DNA of 48,717 nt from the IMG/VR virus record IMGVR_UViG_3300001730_000003, positions 1 to 48,717 of that record, one strand, 5' to 3'. Under the pieces are notes generated by a model that searched no databases, had not been told where the DNA came from, and saw nothing but the letters and a program-made list of their open reading frames with translations. Shown here in pieces: positions 43,450 through 48,717 of the stretch. A program made the translations under genes and the position numbers. Positions within the stretch are counted from its first letter, which is position 1; each line of letters begins with the position of its first letter. The DNA is from a virus (lineage: Duplodnaviria; Caudoviricetes).

Positions 43450-43479
43450 ATAATGCTGCGGATAGTGCACTTGCGTCAA
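43450..43479 (-). promoter_or_regulatory. Putative promoter of the packaging/structural operon
   Basis: Minus strand TTGACG-N18-CATTAT just before terS. Confidence 0.5.
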
Positions 43480-43528
43480 GTGGGTCATGATGGTACTTAC
43501 ATCAGTGTAACTAGAGGAGTGAGTCGAG

Positions 43529-43666
43529 ATGGGTATGGTGTTAGGTTTGGCGACAGGATGGTTCATTGGGCAAACCATCCTAAACCCTACAGGTGACATG
43601 ATCTTCGGTTGTGGTCTACTGCTTCTCACGTGCGTGTTGCACCTGTGGCTCGATGTCAATGCTTGA
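43529..43666 (+). CDS. Small two-helix membrane protein (45 aa)
   Basis: Manual translation MGMVLGLATGWFIG...; GAGGAG RBS. Confidence 0.5.
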   Translation: MGMVLGLATGWFIGQTILNPTGDMIFGCGLLLLTCVLHLWLDVNA

Positions 43667-43850
43667 CCCGACCAAACCGCTACGCACCTCCACAGGTCTG
43701 CCTGTGCGGGTGATCGATAGCGACGGGACATGGTTGTTCGCATGCGTCGACGAGCAGCATTACACCGTATGGGACCAACGGACAGGTGTCTATGCGGGCG
43801 TGTCGGGATTGTGGGGCGGGGTTACGATGGAGCAGTGTGATGATCAGTGA
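43659..43850 (+). CDS. Hypothetical phage protein
   Basis: MLDPTKPLRTSTGLPVRVI. Confidence 0.55.
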   Translation: MLDPTKPLRTSTGLPVRVIDSDGTWLFACVDEQHYTVWDQRTGVYAGVSGLWGGVTMEQCDDQ

Positions 43851-44127
43851 CAAACTCAAAGCGTATCTACAGGACTGGCTCGATTGGGTCGAGCGTGGTG
43901 CACCGGACTGGAAACCTTATTATAGGGTGTCTGGTCTGCGGAACAATACCGTATTTTACGATGTATCCCTTCATGATCAACTTCATAGTGAACTCATGCA
44001 AATGTTCAACGGTAAACCTTACCCGTTTGGCTTCAAAGAGTACTACGAGCGCAGCAATAATGCCACACAGCACCTCGATCCGAACCGTATTGCGTGGGTG
44101 AGAGAGCAACTCGCGATGGACGAGTGA
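43840..44127 (+). CDS. Hypothetical phage protein
   Basis: GGAG RBS; followed by a terminator. Confidence 0.65.
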   Translation: MISDKLKAYLQDWLDWVERGAPDWKPYYRVSGLRNNTVFYDVSLHDQLHSELMQMFNGKPYPFGFKEYYERSNNATQHLDPNRIAWVREQLAMDE

Positions 44128-44139
44128 TACCTCACCCTT

Positions 44140-44173
44140 AGCGCCTCGGGTCATTCCGAGGCGTTTTTTTTTT
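44140..44173 (+). terminator. Intrinsic terminator
   Basis: CGCCTCGG-gtcatt-CCGAGGCG followed by a long T run. Confidence 0.85.
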
Positions 44174-44939
44174 GCGTGGTGGGATGTTGAGCCGGCCCGC
44201 ATCCCTTCGGTGCCTCGCTGCCGTCTGATCGTTTCCTGCACCCGTACCAGGGTGGGGCATGTGGTTCAAGTGGTGCATACAGGTGTGTAAGGAGAGGTTG
44301 GTGCAGATTCTCAAAATTTTCGGATTGGGGCAAAGGTAATAATATTGCGTGGGGGTAGGGGGTTGTTTCAACTTGCCGCAATTATCTTGCGTGAACTGAC
44401 CTAACCTATTGATTTCATTGGTTTATTTGAGACGGGTGCGCCAAGGGGGAGGAATGGAGCCAGTCGAGCCCCGCATGCCCCACCCCAGGCCAGCCGGCCA
44501 ATGTGTACCATCTGGCCCACGCGCCCCGGCATTTAACATAATGTGCATTATCAACCTTGCAGCAATGCGGAATTGTACACATTGCGCAATTCGGGGCGCG
44601 TGGGCCTGGATCGAGCGGCCACGCCCACGATGCCACACATGCCGCATATTGCGTCAATCGGTGCAATATGGCGCATTTGTGAGGTCATTATTTAGGCACT
44701 GTAGCAATTGTAGCATGTTGTCGCGTTCAGTATTAACTAATAGCACCTAGGACGTATCATTAATGCTTATTTCGCGATTTCACCCAACCGCACCAAGTGG
44801 ACCGAACGGACAAACCCGATTGCATTCCCGCAGAGATTCCTATACATTATGGATATTCATTATTATCTATTATAGATTGAATTCTCTCTCGAATGCTGAA
44901 AACGTACTTATTGATAACCTCTTATAGATAGGAACCAAA

Positions 44940-45431
44940 ATGCACCAAGATGCCCCAATGCTCGCCACGCTTACTGACCTGCAAGCAAGCCATTGTGTTG
45001 TGGAATACGGCATGATGATAGCCGGAGCCCCGCCGCGAACCATGCTCATTGAAGTCTGTAAACTGTCCGACGTGTTCCTGATGGTGGAAGCGCGGCGGAA
45101 TAGCGAATGGCGCAAATCGATCGCTCGCCCCGATATCAATGCAGTTACGATCCACGTGCGCCATATGGGCGACAAGGCGGAGTGCGAATCTCTGCGCGGT
45201 CGCATGCTTTACGATATAACTCAAGCCGGCGGTGACGTACCTATTTGCAATGCTTACGGCACCAATGTGAACAATAAGGCCCAAGCAATCGCCTGCAGCA
45301 ATGGCGAGACGTATCGGACGCAATCGGAGGCAGCTGAGCGCACTGGCGTTACACAGTCCGCAGTGAGTCAGTGTTGCGCCGGCAAGCTGAAGAGCGTGAA
45401 GGGGTTGGTATTCTGGCGCGTGACTGAGTGA
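44940..45431 (+). CDS. Protein with C-terminal NUMOD1-like HTH (degenerate endonuclease-like)
   Basis: CSNGETYRTQSEAAERTGVTQSAVSQCCAGKLKSVKGLVF. Confidence 0.7.
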   Translation: MHQDAPMLATLTDLQASHCVVEYGMMIAGAPPRTMLIEVCKLSDVFLMVEARRNSEWRKSIARPDINAVTIHVRHMGDKAECESLRGRMLYDITQAGGDVPICNAYGTNVNNKAQAIACSNGETYRTQSEAAERTGVTQSAVSQCCAGKLKSVKGLVFWRVTE

Positions 45432-45573
45432 TTGCACCGAACTCCCCGAACGACAGCCCCACTTACATTGATGCAATGTGCAATCGCTGACATATGGTCG
45501 TGCACGCAGAGGTTGCATCAGATGCTACAATATGCGACACAATGAGCAACGCAAACGAATCGGAGTAACCGAC

Positions 45574-45783
45574 ATGACGCTTAATTCCATCACCGCCGAA
45601 CGCTATACGGTTGAAACCGTCCATGGCGCGCGCGTGATTTCTAGCGCGATAAGCTGCTATCCTGAGAGTGACGGCAGCATGGTTTACACTGTCCCGTTTC
45701 GTCTGCCCGATGCCGGAGTTTCGGACATATTCCGCATGGACGTCTGGATTGACGTTGATGGCCGCATTTATGGGGAGTGGTGA
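45574..45783 (+). CDS. Hypothetical early protein
   Basis: GGAGTAACCGAC-ATG leader. Confidence 0.65.
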   Translation: MTLNSITAERYTVETVHGARVISSAISCYPESDGSMVYTVPFRLPDAGVSDIFRMDVWIDVDGRIYGEW

Positions 45784-45784
45784 C

Positions 45785-45964
45785 ATGACTCAGGCAGACA
45801 TCGAACGCATGATGCACTTGGCGCACAAGGCTGATGCCCGTGCAAGCGGCTACAGAATGGCTGGCGATAGCCTGAGGGCGCGCAAATGGGGTATGACCGC
45901 CCGCGCGCTCCATGATGCCGCTAGGCATATGTCCGAAGCGCTCCGGCTGGAGCAAGGCGCATGA
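45785..45964 (+). CDS. Hypothetical early protein
   Basis: GGAG RBS; coupled to the next gene. Confidence 0.55.
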   Translation: MTQADIERMMHLAHKADARASGYRMAGDSLRARKWGMTARALHDAARHMSEALRLEQGA

Positions 45965-46083
45965 CCGCCGCATGGCTCACCATTGGCACCATAGCCGTGG
46001 CGCTGGCCTGGATCGAGATCCGCCGCGCATTGCAACCGGGAAGTGCGTTGCGACAGATATTAGAGACGATAATTGAGGAGTAA
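45961..46083 (+). CDS. Small membrane peptide (40 aa)
   Basis: ATGA overlap; MTAAWLTIGTIAVALAWIE. Confidence 0.5.
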   Translation: MTAAWLTIGTIAVALAWIEIRRALQPGSALRQILETIIEE

Positions 46084-46088
46084 CCGAT

Positions 46089-46757
46089 ATGGACCGAGAG
46101 ACACGCAAGGGCGCATGGATCATTCGCGCCACTATTGAGCATGACGACTCACATGGCGCGCCATGGATCGAAGATGACGGTCATGGACCGGTCAGCGATT
46201 GGACGATGCGCGTAAAGCTACCCGGTGAATTAGTCCTATCAGGCGATGGGCGCGCCTCATGTGGTACGGATCACAGCAAGCGCTATTACGACTTCGCCGA
46301 AGCATGCCGGATTGCGCGACGGGATGGATGGGGGCCAAGCCCGTACAGTGATGCAGTGGAGCGCGGCGCCAACGGCCTGCACAAGCGACACATGCAATTT
46401 TTTGACGGTCGCACACTGCTATGCGCTGACTCGGACTGGCACGATTGCCCGAATGCATCGTATGCACAATGCTATGAGCGACTGCGCGCCATGACATCGC
46501 CGCGCCAATATGCAGCAATGGCTGCGCGCGACGATTACGAACGGTTGCGCGCCTGGTGCAATGACGAATGGTCCTATGTAGGCGTGATTGTCACCGTCTC
46601 ACATGCTGTCACCGGCATTGAATTAGGTAGTGCATCTCTTTGGGGTATTGAGTCCGATGCTGGCGACTACCTGGAAGAGATTGTGCGCGACTTGGAACCC
46701 GAAGCAATTGAGGACGCACGCAACACACTGGCCGTTATGATGGAGCGCGCAGAATGA
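46089..46757 (+). CDS. Hypothetical early protein
   Basis: GGAGTAACCGAT-ATG leader; W..DEW.YVGV.V, SLWGIESD. Confidence 0.75.
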   Translation: MDRETRKGAWIIRATIEHDDSHGAPWIEDDGHGPVSDWTMRVKLPGELVLSGDGRASCGTDHSKRYYDFAEACRIARRDGWGPSPYSDAVERGANGLHKRHMQFFDGRTLLCADSDWHDCPNASYAQCYERLRAMTSPRQYAAMAARDDYERLRAWCNDEWSYVGVIVTVSHAVTGIELGSASLWGIESDAGDYLEEIVRDLEPEAIEDARNTLAVMMERAE

Positions 46758-46963
46758 GACTCACCCCTGACCAAGCACGCGCCATATGCAACGTGTTTTG
46801 CATCCCGTTCAATCGTGACTTTCACACGCTTAATTCGCAGCATGTGCAAAACATATTGGACGCGGCAACGGCTAACAAGTACCGCAAGCCACGAAACGCA
46901 AACGGATCAACCGCGCGCTATTATTATTCGTATCTAATGCACGCATGTAATCGGAGTAACTGA
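46754..46963 (+). CDS. Hypothetical early protein
   Basis: ATGA overlap. Confidence 0.65.
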   Translation: MRLTPDQARAICNVFCIPFNRDFHTLNSQHVQNILDAATANKYRKPRNANGSTARYYYSYLMHACNRSN

Positions 46964-46964
46964 T

Positions 46965-47312
46965 ATGACACACGACGATATCTGGAACAATGATTCCCCC
47001 GTGCGAGACATTCTCGACATTGACGTCCCGTCCTGGATCGATCAGGACATATCGTGTGCTGACATCATCGCGATATGTGAAGGTGGCTGCGCAAGTGGCG
47101 CATACATGCCCGCTGTGACATATCATGCTGTATCGGACACCATGTCCCGCGATGGTGACGACGTGTTGCAATACATCGATGATCAAATGGGCGAATTGCC
47201 GCAACCGCCACGCGATAGCGGCTGGAGTGCACTGGCGTGTTTCTATCTCAGTTATGCAGTAGAATTGTGGGCCAGCGCTGCAATGTCTGAACTGGAGGGC
47301 CTGGAAGCATGA
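46965..47312 (+). CDS. Acidic early protein, possible Ocr-like DNA mimic
   Basis: Asp/Glu-rich with no Lys; GGCASGAYMPAVTY motif. Confidence 0.5.
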   Translation: MTHDDIWNNDSPVRDILDIDVPSWIDQDISCADIIAICEGGCASGAYMPAVTYHAVSDTMSRDGDDVLQYIDDQMGELPQPPRDSGWSALACFYLSYAVELWASAAMSELEGLEA

Positions 47313-47509
47313 CACCCTGGGCCCACAACCTGCGCAAATCATTCGCCACGCTATCCAAACATCACGCAACCGGCCGCTTTGACCGCGCGCGCGCCCTAAG
47401 GCTGTTGCGCAACAATGCACGGGATGCCGGTTTGCATGGCGCTGCAGCGGCCGGACAAGCACGGCAATGGCTTAACCGCTGGATGGCAATCAACGGGGTT
47501 GAGGAGTGA
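47309..47509 (+). CDS. Hypothetical basic protein
   Basis: ATGA overlap. Confidence 0.55.
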   Translation: MTPWAHNLRKSFATLSKHHATGRFDRARALRLLRNNARDAGLHGAAAAGQARQWLNRWMAINGVEE

Positions 47510-47739
47510 TTCGGATGACTCAATTTTTATGGCAATGGGAAGATTACAAGCCGCGCGAAGATTCAGACATGACCCGCGAACGTGCAAACCGCTTATTACG
47601 AGCATGGCGCGCAGGCATGCGCAAGCCGCGCAACGGTAGGCCGATGTTCCAAGTCAAGCTATATCGCCATATCGACAATTGGCGAGAATATCGCGTCACC
47701 AGCAAATATGGCGAGTCTGCCAGTATGTGGATACGCTAA
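47506..47739 (+). CDS. Hypothetical protein
   Basis: GTGA overlap; alternative ATG at 47569. Confidence 0.5.
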   Translation: MIRMTQFLWQWEDYKPREDSDMTRERANRLLRAWRAGMRKPRNGRPMFQVKLYRHIDNWREYRVTSKYGESASMWIR

Positions 47740-47909
47740 CAGTCTCCCTACATGCCCCGGCTGCATCACACGACACGCCGGGGCATGATTGGACACTGTA
47801 ACAACCGGAGTAACTGAGACATGACCGGCTTAGGCACTGTAATTCGTCCCGTGCGCAGCAATGGCTTGTGTCTTGATGTGCCCGGCTGGAACTGAGAGGA
47901 GCAAATGGT

Positions 47910-48128
47910 ATGAAAATCACAATGCTAGTGGGCGCGCATGCATATGCATGCATCGATGAGAACGGCCGCAAAACTGACATTCTGTTATCACCCGGTAAAT
48001 CGGCACAGCAATCATTGCGCGAATATGCCGAAAGTGAGCGGGCACGCGCATTGCGCATTTTGAGCATGGCCGAAATTGCAGAACGCGCGGCCGATCACAT
48101 CGACTCGAATGGATATGGTGCAGCATGA
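47910..48128 (+). CDS. Hypothetical protein
   Basis: GAGGAG RBS. Confidence 0.65.
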   Translation: MKITMLVGAHAYACIDENGRKTDILLSPGKSAQQSLREYAESERARALRILSMAEIAERAADHIDSNGYGAA

Positions 48129-48337
48129 TCGCAACCGTCACAGACTCGTATCTCCTAGGCATCAAAGAGGGCCGCGCATTGCTGCGCAGCCTGCCCGAAT
48201 CGCCCACATTGGACGAATTGCACCGCTTTGCCGCGAATTGCACCGATCTGCTAGCGATGGGTCAGTCTCGCGAGATGGCGGACATGTACCGCGGCGAGCG
48301 GGATTTCTGGCGTAATCAGATTGAGAGGAGTCAGTGA
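48125..48337 (+). CDS. Hypothetical protein
   Basis: ATGA overlap. Confidence 0.65.
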   Translation: MIATVTDSYLLGIKEGRALLRSLPESPTLDELHRFAANCTDLLAMGQSREMADMYRGERDFWRNQIERSQ

Positions 48338-48504
48338 TGACAGTAGCGCAGGCAAAGCGGCTTTTCAGGAACTTGACCGGCAAACGATGGCGCGAAGGCT
48401 GCACAACGTCCGAAACGGCCGACGGTGCAATATACGCATATGATCCGGGCATGCGCTTGCTCGCGCGCCGAGATCCAGACGGTACGGTGCATCGCTGCAC
48501 CTAA
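48337..48504 (+). CDS. Hypothetical protein (55 aa)
   Basis: Manual translation MTVAQAKRLF...; GAGGAG RBS; TGATG coupling. Confidence 0.55.
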   Translation: MTVAQAKRLFRNLTGKRWREGCTTSETADGAIYAYDPGMRLLARRDPDGTVHRCT

Positions 48505-48527
48505 CCAACCCAGCCCGCTAAGTAATA

Positions 48528-48570
48528 GTGGCGCGCTAGTCCAATCCGGGCCAGCGCGCCATTTTTGTTT
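48528..48570 (+). terminator. Intrinsic terminator
   Basis: TGGCGCGCT...AGCGCGCCA followed by TTTTTGTTT. Confidence 0.7.
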
Positions 48571-48616
48571 AGGGAACGAGTAACGCCATGTTCGATTAGC
48601 ACCGACTGGACCATAT

Positions 48617-48717
48617 GCACCCTGCCCCGCTCTGGGGCTGCACGCGCTCGACTGCGCACCCTGCCCCGCTCTGGGGCCGCACGCGCTCGACTGCGCACCC
48701 TGCCCCGCTCTGGGGCT
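48617..48717. repeat. 39-bp tandem repeat, about 2.6 copies, runs off window
   Basis: Unit gcaccctgccccgctctggggc(t/c)gcacgcgctcgactgc with internal GCCCC-gctct-GGGGC hairpin. Confidence 0.95.

Noticed and set aside
48617-48717. CRISPR array
   Set aside because: The sequence between hairpins is identical from unit to unit, so there are no unique spacers, and there is no cas operon.

Overview
The window is most of a GC-rich tailed dsDNA phage genome with siphovirus-type tail genes, cut at both ends. The host is most likely an alphaproteobacterium, inferred from a two-piece permuted tmRNA with an ANDN...AA tag. From left to right it holds a truncated RepB-type primase, small accessory genes, a replication module (SF2 helicase, VRR-NUC, Cas4-like exonuclease, SSB, family B DNA polymerase, three HNH-type endonucleases), and a lysis module (spanins, holin-like genes, GH19 endolysin). 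The tail, neck, head and terminase genes follow on the minus strand, then an early-gene-like region ending in a 39-bp tandem repeat. No integrase is visible. Four observations stand out. (1) About 1.2 kb of structured non-coding sequence lies between scaffold and major capsid genes; it contains a complete permuted tmRNA and an unrecognised RNA with three canonical T-arms and an 18-bp perfect stem. (2) Portal, scaffold and tail tube share an N-terminal leader motif A-L-L-x4-[LM]-x-G-F, with a variant on the capsid, suggesting a common processing or targeting system. (3) An antisense promoter/21-codon ORF/terminator unit sits inside the neck genes. (4) A 58-aa DfrB-like protein is absent from the ORF track. 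All family calls come from motif recognition by eye; no searches were run.
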